A stretch of DNA of 64,000 bases from Candidatus Saccharicenans sp. (GTDB taxonomy: Bacteria; Acidobacteriota; Aminicenantia; Aminicenantales; Saccharicenantaceae): positions 1,520-65,519 of the forward strand of contig JASEIU010000001.1 of assembly GCA_030017715.1 (NCBI GenBank), given 5' to 3'. The position numbers were made by a program, and so were the translations under genes. Of the stretch, positions 28,588 through 37,445 are shown one piece after another. The notes beneath the pieces are model-generated. The model was given only the letters and a program-made list of their open reading frames with translations, had not been told where the DNA came from and did not search any database. The number at the start of each line of letters is the position of its first letter. Position 1 is the first letter of the stretch.

Positions 28588-29444
28588 GAGAGAAGGCCGC
28601 GGACAAAGCCGACTGACTCGGCCACACCCGGCAGCGGGTCCTTTTCGTCCTTTTCAAATTCAAAGGACAGAACGCCGCGGTACTCGATTTCGATTATGGT
28701 CTTGAGGAAGGATTTGATGTCGATGACACCCCGGCCGATTTCCACTGTCTGGCCTCCGGCCCCGACCTCGGAAACGTCCTTCAGGTGAATATCAAGCAGA
28801 CGGCCAGAGAACTTTCTGGCGGCTTCTGCCGGATCGACGCCTGCTCTGACGGCGTGGCCGATGTCCAGGCACAGACCAACCCCAGGATCCAGATTTTTAA
28901 GTCTTGCCTGGGCGTCGGCCGGCGTCGGATAAAACCTGTCTCCTGGTCCGTGATTGTGAATCGCTATGAAGATTCCCGTTTCCCTGACTTTCTGGCTAAT
29001 GAGCGGAAGAAGCTTCGGGTCGGGAGAGGCGATTATCATCCCCAGGCCGGCCGTTCTGGCGTAAGAAAAGGCACGCTCGACATCTTCAGGTTTTTCCAGG
29101 TAAACCACTCCGCAGCCGTAAAGGTCAAGCCCGGCCCGGCGCACTTTTTCGGAGGCCTCTCTGATTTCAGCCGCCGAAGAATCGAGCGGCAGATGAATGT
29201 CTTTAAGGGCGAGCTTTTCCAGACCCAGCCGCAGGGTCATGGCAATTGTTTGCTCGAGGCTGAAAGCCCGGAAGGTATAGGAAGCCAGCCCCAGAGAAAA
29301 GCCGTACTTTTTCTCGGGCTTCCAGTCCCGGGCCTGGATTGATTTTTTCTCGCCCGCCCGGACGAGCGCCGAAGGACCAAGCAGGAGCAGAGCCGCCGCA
29401 GGCAGATTATTTTTTAAGAATTTTCTTCGACTTATATAAAACAT
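28584..29444 (-). CDS. Tat-exported sugar phosphate isomerase/epimerase (AP endonuclease 2 TIM barrel)
   Basis: SRRKFLK; AIHNHG, LDIGH, IHLKD, SFEFE. Confidence 0.9.
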   Translation of the reverse strand: MFYISRRKFLKNNLPAAALLLLGPSALVRAGEKKSIQARDWKPEKKYGFSLGLASYTFRAFSLEQTIAMTLRLGLEKLALKDIHLPLDSSAAEIREASEKVRRAGLDLYGCGVVYLEKPEDVERAFSYARTAGLGMIIASPDPKLLPLISQKVRETGIFIAIHNHGPGDRFYPTPADAQARLKNLDPGVGLCLDIGHAVRAGVDPAEAARKFSGRLLDIHLKDVSEVGAGGQTVEIGRGVIDIKSFLKTIIEIEYRGVLSFEFEKDEKDPLPGVAESVGFVRGLLS

Positions 29445-29933
29445 GGGGCCTCCCTGTTTTCACTTTATCTGCCGGCGGATTTCCCGCCGCCAGATTGGCC
29501 GGGGCGGAAAAGGGCTTAAATACATCCGGCCCCTTCCTGTAAATTATCAAGCTTTCGAGGGCTGCGTCGCAAAATAATATATCTCATAAATAAGGTAAAA
29601 ATGAAAAATATTTGTTCAAAACGATGACCACAGGCGACCCTCCGGGCCAGGTTCCTGACTTTATGGCTCCCGGTTAACTGAACATAAATACTTCCCTTGC
29701 AGTCAGGTCAGGGACTTTTCAAAACATCTAAAAGACACCTCTTTTGTTTCAACCTGAGGCTGCGTTTCAAAACTCCGCTCCAGGTTCTGTGAGATAATGG
29801 AGTTATTCGCGAGGCTTTTTTAAATAACCGGCCGGACGACGAAATTCAATTGCCTGCCTTTTTCTCGGTCTTAAATTAGCAACGGGCTTTTTCGGAGTTT
29901 TCGGAGCTGGAAATCGGGCCCTGCATTCCGGCC

Positions 29934-31238
29934 TTAAATATTCCATGGACGACGGCGCGGATAGTCCAGCAGGCGGTTGGCTTCGTCGTCTCCGACGAAC
30001 TGCTCCCGGTCCGGGGCCCAGCGCAACTTCCTTCCCAGCTTCATGGCCAGGTGGGTGATGATGCACAGGCTGTTCGAACGGTGGCCCACTTCAACCGGCG
30101 CGGCCGGGTCCCTTCTGGTTCTCATGCACTCAAGAAAATTCTTCATATGGTTGGTGCTCCGGTAAAGTTGAACGGAGCCGGTTCCGGGCTGGTAGCTCAA
30201 CCAGGCGGGATTGGAGCCCTCTATACCTTCTCTCCTGACAAACAGCCAGCCTTCCGAACCCTCGAAGCGAACGCCGGAAGGGTCGCCGCTTTCCAGGGAA
30301 AGGATGACTCCGTCGGAATAGACGGCTTCGGCCTGAAACCGGGTATGGACGTTGAACAATCCTCGCTCTGGAAACTCAGCCCGGGCTTCAATGGCCACGG
30401 GGCCTGTTCTTTCGCTGTCGTGTCCCCACTGAGCGATATCGAGCATGTGGGCTCCCCAGTTGGTTATCATCCCGCGGCAGTAAGGTTCAATCTGCATCCA
30501 GCCCGGGCGGTCATAGCTCATCTGCGGATGAACCCGGTCCTCGGCGTAGGGCGCTTCAGGAGTAGGACCCAGCCAGAACTCATAATCGAGATTGGGCGGC
30601 ACCGGCATCGGCCGGGGGTCGCCGCGCCCGCTATCTTCTGGCAGGCGGACTTTTATCGTCTGAAGCTGTCCTAAAAAACCGTTGCGAACGATTTCGCAGG
30701 CCTTAAGAAAATAGATCGACGACCGCTGCTGGGAACCCGTCTGAAAAACAAGTTTTTTCTCGCGCACCGCCCGCACCAGCTTCTGGCCTTCGATCAGGGA
30801 ATAGGTCAGTGGCTTTTCCAGATAGATGTCTTTTCCGGCCCGGGCCGCCGCCAGGGCGACAGTCCCGTGCCAGAAATCAGGCACCGAAATCACCACCCCG
30901 TCAATATCCTTTCTGGCCAGCAGTTCCCGAAAATCGTGGTAGGCTTTGATGGAACGATAGTTGTTGAGCCCGAGTTCAAGGGCGTATGTTTTCTCAGCCA
31001 GCCAGAGGGCATTGTCCAGCCGGTGGCGGTCGAGGTCGCAGACGGCCACAACTCTGGCTCCGACTTCCAGCCCGCGGTTGATTAATTCCAGCATATTGGC
31101 CTGTCCCTGCCGTCCGAGGCCGATGCAGCCGAGTTGAAGCTCATCGTTTGCCGCCGGCTTCCTTAAAACCGAAGACGGGACGATCAGGGGAGCGATTACC
31201 GATGCGGAAGCTGTTTTAATGAATTCCCTTCTTTTCAT
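29934..31238 (-). CDS. Tat-exported Gfo/Idh/MocA oxidoreductase
   Basis: KRREFIK; IGLGRQG; PDFWH; GKDIYLEKP; NWGAHMLD. Confidence 0.93.
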   Translation of the reverse strand: MKRREFIKTASASVIAPLIVPSSVLRKPAANDELQLGCIGLGRQGQANMLELINRGLEVGARVVAVCDLDRHRLDNALWLAEKTYALELGLNNYRSIKAYHDFRELLARKDIDGVVISVPDFWHGTVALAAARAGKDIYLEKPLTYSLIEGQKLVRAVREKKLVFQTGSQQRSSIYFLKACEIVRNGFLGQLQTIKVRLPEDSGRGDPRPMPVPPNLDYEFWLGPTPEAPYAEDRVHPQMSYDRPGWMQIEPYCRGMITNWGAHMLDIAQWGHDSERTGPVAIEARAEFPERGLFNVHTRFQAEAVYSDGVILSLESGDPSGVRFEGSEGWLFVRREGIEGSNPAWLSYQPGTGSVQLYRSTNHMKNFLECMRTRRDPAAPVEVGHRSNSLCIITHLAMKLGRKLRWAPDREQFVGDDEANRLLDYPRRRPWNI

Positions 31239-31257
31239 GCTTTTATTTTAATTCAAT

Positions 31258-31285
31258 CGGGCACAATACTCATTCATTAATTTTC
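31258..31285 (+). repeat. Degenerate GGGGACAC-family repeat
   Basis: CGGGCACAATACTCATTCATTAATTTTC shares CACAATACTCATTC with the 14053-14089 copy. Confidence 0.5.
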
Positions 31286-31607
31286 TTTTCTAAAGAAAGC
31301 GAAAAACGAAGGAGCGCTCTCAGTTGAAATACAGTGAGAGGCCCGGAGTGCCCGAAGGCAAAATAAAAAACGCCACCCAAAAAGCGTCCGCGAAGCAGGA
31401 GGCCGCCAGGCTCTATGAGCCGCGATTTATAATTGAAAGAAGTCAATAATTTAGAAAAAGCCGGCCTTTGGAGCTTACAGACAGGGTCGCCAAACCCGGG
31501 CTTTTAAAGCTTCAAAGAATTGAGGTAAAATCTTATACCTTGCGCAGGTTGAGCCGGGTCGGGTAACACCCGATGAAAATGGCAGGTGATTTTTTTGGGG
31601 AAAGAAA

Positions 31608-32378
31608 ATGGAAAAGCCAAGACGCCTCGTTGAGACCTGTTGGTTTGAGGTTCTGAGCTTTGAGTCCGACTACCTCGGACGGGCCCATCTTTCGGCGGTG
31701 ATGAATTATCTTCAGGATGCCGCCCGCCGCCATGCGATGCGGGAAGGCTTTTCAGTTTTTGAGCTGGCGGAGAAAGGGCTGACCTGGGTGGTGTCCCGCT
31801 ATCATGTGATTCTAAACCGCTATCCGCAACTCGGCCAGAAAGTTGTCGTTAATACCTGGGCTTCGGGAAAGCACGGCTATTACGCTCTTCGAGATTTTGA
31901 GATGATGGATGAGAGAGAGGAAAAAATAGCGGCTGCCACCAGCTCCTGGATGATTATCGACCTCAACAGCCGACGCCCGGTGAAAGTCGAAGACCTGTTT
32001 CCCGATGAGCTGATTCTGGAAAAAAGAGCTCTGGAGGATGATTTCCCGACGCTGCCGATCGTGGAGCGCCTCGACCACAAGACTCAATTCCGAGTCCTGT
32101 TTGAAGACCTGGACTACAATCGCCATGTGAATAACGTGGTTTATTCGCGCTGGGCGGTGGAGGGGATGCCGCGGGAGATGCTCTTTTCCGGCCGGCCGGC
32201 GGAGCTGGAGATAAATTACCGCTCGGAAGCCTTCCTCGGGGAGGAGATAGAGGTCATCACCCAGAATCCGGAAACGCCCGGCGGGCACTGGGTTCAGCAA
32301 ATATACAATCTGACCACCGGCAAAGAGGTGGCCAGGATCAGGTCCCGCTGGAAGTCATACGGTCCGGATAACGGATGA
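31608..32378 (+). CDS. Acyl-ACP thioesterase (double hot-dog fold)
   Basis: YLQDAA..H, WVVSRY, DLDYNRHVNN. Confidence 0.92.
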   Translation: MEKPRRLVETCWFEVLSFESDYLGRAHLSAVMNYLQDAARRHAMREGFSVFELAEKGLTWVVSRYHVILNRYPQLGQKVVVNTWASGKHGYYALRDFEMMDEREEKIAAATSSWMIIDLNSRRPVKVEDLFPDELILEKRALEDDFPTLPIVERLDHKTQFRVLFEDLDYNRHVNNVVYSRWAVEGMPREMLFSGRPAELEINYRSEAFLGEEIEVITQNPETPGGHWVQQIYNLTTGKEVARIRSRWKSYGPDNG

Positions 32379-33586
32379 TGACGAGGACGGAAGCTGGAAC
32401 AAGAGCGGGAGGAATGGGAAAGCAGCAAGATTGGGAAAGAAAGGATGAGGAGACGATGAAAAAAGAAAAAGTCCTGAAGCTGAGTGAACTGATAAAGCCG
32501 CTTAAAAACTCACTGCAGGAAAAGAAAAAGGCTGCCGCCCGACGAACGGCGAGCAAAGCGAGTGCTCGGCCCAAAATTAAAGCGAAAAAAGCTGAGAGTA
32601 AAAAAGCTGGCCTTGAGACAAAAAGCGAAAAACTCGGAACAGAGTCGCGGCTGGATAGACCTGTCCGGAAGGCGGGCGATGTGATTCCGGTCTCTCGAAG
32701 AGAAACGCCGGCTCCGGATGAGGCTAAATGGGGACTGGTGCTGATGGGTGGCGGTACCAGGGCGCTGGCTCATATCGGCGTTCTGGAGGCCCTTCTGGAA
32801 AACGACCTTATGCCGCCTATCATCACCGGCACCTCGATGGGGGCGGTTATCGGCGGTCTGTTTGCGGCCGGCTATTTTCCCCCTGAACTTGAAAAGCTCA
32901 GCCGGCAGCTTTCTTACAGCCGCCTGAGTCAATTGCGCCGGTCGCGGATTCCGATTCCCGACAGGCTGGTCGATTATCTGATGGTCGAATCTTACCAGAA
33001 GCGGCTTCTGAGGCGGATGGGGCTGGAGAAAGAAGACCGGCTGGAGAAGCAGCTCCAGGAAATGGTTGGCGATATAAACATTGAAGACCTTTCTGTCCGC
33101 TTCGGCTGCAACGCGGTCGACCTGGTGAGCGGTCGGGAAGTTAATTTTACCAGCGGTCCCCTTTATCAGGCCCTGCGGGCCAGCCTGGCTTTTCCCTTTG
33201 TGATTGAACCCGCCCGTCTTCCTGGGCAGTTGCTGGTTGACGGCGGGTTGCTCAATAACTGCCCGGTGCGGCTGGCCCGGGAACTCGGAGCGACCGGCGT
33301 CCTGGTGCCGGATGTCCATCGGCCGCTTAAGAAAATGCCGGCGGCCGGCTTCACTTCAGCCTTCATCATGGTCCACCGGATGGTGCAGGTGGTTCTGGCC
33401 GATTCCACCGAAAGCAAACTGCCGGAAGCCGACCTGATCCTTAAAATTAATCCCGGGGTTGACACCTTTGATTTTATTCGGGCAGCCAGGGTAATTAACC
33501 TGGGCAGGAAAATAACCCGGGACAATATTCAGGCGATAAAGGAAATGGTCAGCCGGTTGAGCGGGAAAGACCGGTCAGAAAGCTAG
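32375..33586 (+). CDS. Patatin-like phospholipase with Lys-rich N-terminal extension
   Basis: GGGTR..AHIG, GTSMG, ASLAFP, DGG. ATGA overlap with the thioesterase; alternative start at 32456. Confidence 0.9.
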   Translation: MMTRTEAGTRAGGMGKQQDWERKDEETMKKEKVLKLSELIKPLKNSLQEKKKAAARRTASKASARPKIKAKKAESKKAGLETKSEKLGTESRLDRPVRKAGDVIPVSRRETPAPDEAKWGLVLMGGGTRALAHIGVLEALLENDLMPPIITGTSMGAVIGGLFAAGYFPPELEKLSRQLSYSRLSQLRRSRIPIPDRLVDYLMVESYQKRLLRRMGLEKEDRLEKQLQEMVGDINIEDLSVRFGCNAVDLVSGREVNFTSGPLYQALRASLAFPFVIEPARLPGQLLVDGGLLNNCPVRLARELGATGVLVPDVHRPLKKMPAAGFTSAFIMVHRMVQVVLADSTESKLPEADLILKINPGVDTFDFIRAARVINLGRKITRDNIQAIKEMVSRLSGKDRSES

Positions 33587-33951
33587 AGATTTTGCGCAGG
33601 GTTATTCTGACTGCCCGCGAGCAACTTTTCAGTCGGGCGGTAGTTTCTCTTGAAGAGAGGTTTTCCGAAAGTTAATAGCCGGGCTGAAGGTTTAGCACGC
33701 CCATCCCGCTCCGGCTTCGCTCTGAGAAACCGGAACGGGCAATCGGCCGATAAAAGTGATAAAATGATAAAATCAAACTGAAAACTGAATATGGGGTGAA
33801 ACAGATTCGGTCCTGCCCTGTTCGGCGGGTTCGAGAAATGGAAGAATAAAGGAAAAAGAAAAGACTCAGGCCGGGAGGTCAGGGATAAAGGTCGGCTTCA
33901 TCCTGCCGGCTAAATGACCACAGCCAGAAGAGAACGGACGGAGGATACTTA

Positions 33952-36099
33952 ATGAAGACAATCTCAATAAAGTCGGGCCAACGGATGACGGGCGCTGCCT
34001 GTCTGGTTCTGTTATTGGCTTTTCTTTGGCTTGAAGGAGCTGCCTATCCGTTAAGCGGAGCCCCGGCGCCGGAAGCTCAGAAGAAGACTTCCTCCAAAAA
34101 GCAGAGCCGGGAGAAACTCCCCCCGATTCCTGAAAATTACCGGAAATGGCTGGAAGAAGAGGTGGCCTATATCATAACGCCGGTGGAGAAGGAAATCTTC
34201 CTGAAGCTTAAAACCGACCGGGAAAGGGACCTGTTCATTGAGGCTTTCTGGAAACATCGTGACCCGATTCCCGAGACAACTGAGAATGAATTTAAGAGCG
34301 AGCATTACCGGAGAATCGATTATGCCAATAAATATTTTGGCCGGGAATCCCCCAAGCCGGGCTGGAAGACCGACCGGGGGCGATTTTATATCATCCTGGG
34401 ACCGCCCAACGATATCCAGCGCATCGACAGCAAGTCAGAGGTTTATGACACCGAGATCTGGTTCTATCAGGGAAAAACCGACCTGGGCCTGCCGCCCGGC
34501 TTTAATGTCCTGTTTTTCCGGGAGAAGGGCACCGGAGAATTCCGCCTTTACAGTCCGACCAACGACGGTCCGCAGGCGCTGCTGACCGGCTACTGGGGAG
34601 ACCCGGCTGACTATATGTCCGCTTACCAGAAATTGCGTGAAATAGAGCCCACCCTGGCCAACGCTTCCCTGTCGTTGATTCCAGGAGAAGAAAACACCGC
34701 TCTGGGGCGGCCTTCTCTTTCCTCCGACCTGCTGCTCCGCCAGATTGAAGCCACTCCTCAGAGAATGGTTGAGGATAAATACGCCCGCAAGTTTTTTGAG
34801 TATAAAGACCTGGTGGAAGTTGAATATAGCGCCAATTATCTTGACAGCGATTACCTGGTCAAAGTTCTGAAAAGCCCGGCCGGCTTTTATTTAATCCACT
34901 ATACCATTGAACCCAAGCGATTGTCGGTCAACCAGTACGACAACCGCTTCGCCACCAACCTTAAACTCAACGGCACCCTGAGCACTCTCGACGGGAAAAT
35001 CGTCTATCAGTTTGAAAAAACCTATCCGGTTCAGATGAACGAGGCCCAGATGAGGGAAAGGCAGAGCCTGCCGGTGGCTATATATGACGTACTGCCCTGC
35101 GTTCCCGGAGATTATAAGCTTTCGGTGCTGGTAAAAAACGATGCCTCCAAGGAATTTACCAGCCTGGAACAGACGATCAGGATACCGGGAAAGGGCGGAG
35201 TGGAACTGTCCTCTCCGATTCTGGCCTATAAGGTAAGTCCGGCCGAGGCTGCCGGCGGAAGGGTCAAGGCTTTTCTGGTCGGGGGAAATCAACTCTATCT
35301 TCAGGCCAGCCGGGTGTTTACCGCCCGGGATCAACTGGCGGTGGTGTTGCAGCTTTACGGTCTGACCCTGGCCCTCAGGGATAAGGCCGGCCTGCGGTTC
35401 CAGTTTTTCAAGGAGACCGAAACCTTCAAGGAAAAAGTCGTGCCGCTGACCGAGATCCCGACTCTGCCCGAAGTGGTGCAGATTTTCTCTCTGAGCGACT
35501 TCCCGCCGGCTCATTATTTCCTGAATGTCAGCCTGATGGTGGACGGGAAGGAGCAGGTTACCACCAGGGAAGAATTTGACCTTACCTTCATGGATAGTCT
35601 GCCGCGGCCCTGGATCCTGTCAAGAGTTCTGCCGCCGCCTGATAGCCCTTATTACGGCCACATTCTCGGCACTCAGCTTTACAACCTGGGCCGCCTGGGC
35701 GAGGCCAGGTCAATCCTGGAGCAGGCGCTGTCTGCCGAGCCGCAAAACGAAGAACTGAGCCGTCAACTGGCCCAGGTCTATCTTGAACAGCGAGAATTCG
35801 CCAGGGCGGCCGGCCTGATCGAAAATTTCATCGCCGGTGAAAAGCAGGCCACCTATGAAACCTATCTTGTGGCCGGGAAAGCTTTCTACCATCTGGGTGA
35901 ATACCAGAAGGCGATTGATGTCCTGGACCGGGCGGTAAATGTTCACGGGACCAATATCGCTCTGCTAAACCTTTTTGGCGATTGCTACCTGGGCCTGGGT
36001 AAAAAGGCTGAGGCTTCGGCCGTGTGGGAAAAATCGCTGGAAATAATGCCCGACCAGCCAGAAGTTAAAAAGAAACTTCAAGCCCTAAAAGGGAAATAA
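33952..36099 (+). CDS. GWxTD-domain protein with C-terminal TPRs
   Basis: WLEEEVAYII, FWKHRDP, GWKTDRGRFYIILGPP; TPR-like helices at the C-terminus; signal peptide. Confidence 0.92.
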   Translation: MKTISIKSGQRMTGAACLVLLLAFLWLEGAAYPLSGAPAPEAQKKTSSKKQSREKLPPIPENYRKWLEEEVAYIITPVEKEIFLKLKTDRERDLFIEAFWKHRDPIPETTENEFKSEHYRRIDYANKYFGRESPKPGWKTDRGRFYIILGPPNDIQRIDSKSEVYDTEIWFYQGKTDLGLPPGFNVLFFREKGTGEFRLYSPTNDGPQALLTGYWGDPADYMSAYQKLREIEPTLANASLSLIPGEENTALGRPSLSSDLLLRQIEATPQRMVEDKYARKFFEYKDLVEVEYSANYLDSDYLVKVLKSPAGFYLIHYTIEPKRLSVNQYDNRFATNLKLNGTLSTLDGKIVYQFEKTYPVQMNEAQMRERQSLPVAIYDVLPCVPGDYKLSVLVKNDASKEFTSLEQTIRIPGKGGVELSSPILAYKVSPAEAAGGRVKAFLVGGNQLYLQASRVFTARDQLAVVLQLYGLTLALRDKAGLRFQFFKETETFKEKVVPLTEIPTLPEVVQIFSLSDFPPAHYFLNVSLMVDGKEQVTTREEFDLTFMDSLPRPWILSRVLPPPDSPYYGHILGTQLYNLGRLGEARSILEQALSAEPQNEELSRQLAQVYLEQREFARAAGLIENFIAGEKQATYETYLVAGKAFYHLGEYQKAIDVLDRAVNVHGTNIALLNLFGDCYLGLGKKAEASAVWEKSLEIMPDQPEVKKKLQALKGK

Positions 36100-36492
36100 G
36101 AAGGTTCGATAAGAGCCGGTGTTGAGATTAGGCGCTGGCCGGGAAGCACGCCGGCCAAAGCGGCTGAGCATACCTTTCATAATAATCTTCAAAGAAAAGT
36201 CCCGACAGTCTGTTCAATCCGCGGGCTATGGAGTCCGGGCTCGAGATGGCGGCGGGCATAAACCGGGAGGGGGGAGATAACTCACAGGTCTGCTCTATTA
36301 GATAACTTATGGTTTTGGATTGAGAGGGGGGGAGTCCTTGAGGCCATTTAAGGGAATCGGGAGCAAAATAGAAGGCAAAATCGCGGGCTAAGCGGGCCAA
36401 ATTGAATTAAGGATCAAATAAATCTGTTCTCTGCCTGTTCACCTGAGGCAAATTAAGATGTAAAATACGCAATTTAAAAGAATAAATTGGAC

Positions 36493-36526
36493 TTGACACG
36501 CTATCTGATATGTGATATATCAGATA
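36493..36526 (+). promoter_or_regulatory. Promoter of the hypD activase-hypD operon overlapped by a perfect inverted repeat (putative repressor operator)
   Basis: TTGACA at 36493-36498; TATCTGATAT-GTGAT-ATATCAGATA at 36502-36526 covers the spacer and the -10 region. Confidence 0.7.
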
Positions 36527-36538
36527 CCTGGAGAAGGG

Positions 36539-37444
36539 ATGGAAGGCCTTATATTCGACCTGAAGCGATATGCCGTCCATGACGGGCCGGGCATCAGACT
36601 AAATGTCTTTTTTAAGGGTTGCCCTCTGCACTGTCTCTGGTGCCATAATCCTGAGGGAGTTGCCTTTGAACCGGAGCTGATGCTTATGCCCAACCGCTGC
36701 GCCCGCTGCGGCGATTGCGTCAGAGCCTGTCGTTATCAGGCGTTAAGTCAGAACGGAAACGGCCAGGTTAAGGCTGACCGTTCCCGCTGCACACTCTGCG
36801 GCGATTGTCTCCAGGCCTGCCAGCGAGAAGCCATAGAGATTGCCGGACGGAAAATGACCGTAGAAGAAATCGCGACCGAGGCCGAAAAAGAGCGGGTGTT
36901 TTTCGAACAGTCAGGAGGCGGAGTCACCCTGACCGGCGGCGAACCTCTGGCCCAGCCGGCTTTTGCTGAAGCCCTGATTGACAGTTTGAAATTGCATGGC
37001 TTCCACGTGGCGCTGGACACTTCGGGTTATGCTCCGGCTGAAGTTTTCCGGAATCTGGCGAAAAAGGCCGACCTGGTGCTTTTTGACCTGAAGATCATGG
37101 ATGAGACGAGGCATAAAAAATACACCGGCGTTTCCAACAGGATAATTCTGGAGAATTTCCAGTCGCTGGAGAAGCTCGGGAAGCCCGTGTGGGTTCGCTT
37201 TCCGCTGATACCCGGAGTTAATGACGACGAGAACAACCTGGAGGCGATGGCTTCTTTTCTGTGCCAGCTCAGGTCGGTTGAGCAGGTGAATGTTCTTCCT
37301 TATCATAAAGGCGGCCTGGAAAAAATTCGCCGTCTTGGACGCGAGGGCGAATTTGCGGTTTTTGAGCCGCCGTCGCAAGAAAAAGTTCAGTCGGTAATAG
37401 ATTTTTTTGCCCGCCGGGGCTTCAAGGTGAAACGGGGAGGTTAA
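36539..37444 (+). CDS. Glycyl-radical enzyme activating enzyme (radical SAM with ferredoxin insert)
   Basis: HDGPGIR, GCPLHCLWCHNPE, two CxxCxxCxxxC motifs, GGVTLTGGEP; directly upstream of a GRE. Confidence 0.95.
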   Translation: MEGLIFDLKRYAVHDGPGIRLNVFFKGCPLHCLWCHNPEGVAFEPELMLMPNRCARCGDCVRACRYQALSQNGNGQVKADRSRCTLCGDCLQACQREAIEIAGRKMTVEEIATEAEKERVFFEQSGGGVTLTGGEPLAQPAFAEALIDSLKLHGFHVALDTSGYAPAEVFRNLAKKADLVLFDLKIMDETRHKKYTGVSNRIILENFQSLEKLGKPVWVRFPLIPGVNDDENNLEAMASFLCQLRSVEQVNVLPYHKGGLEKIRRLGREGEFAVFEPPSQEKVQSVIDFFARRGFKVKRGG

Positions 37445-37445
37445 G

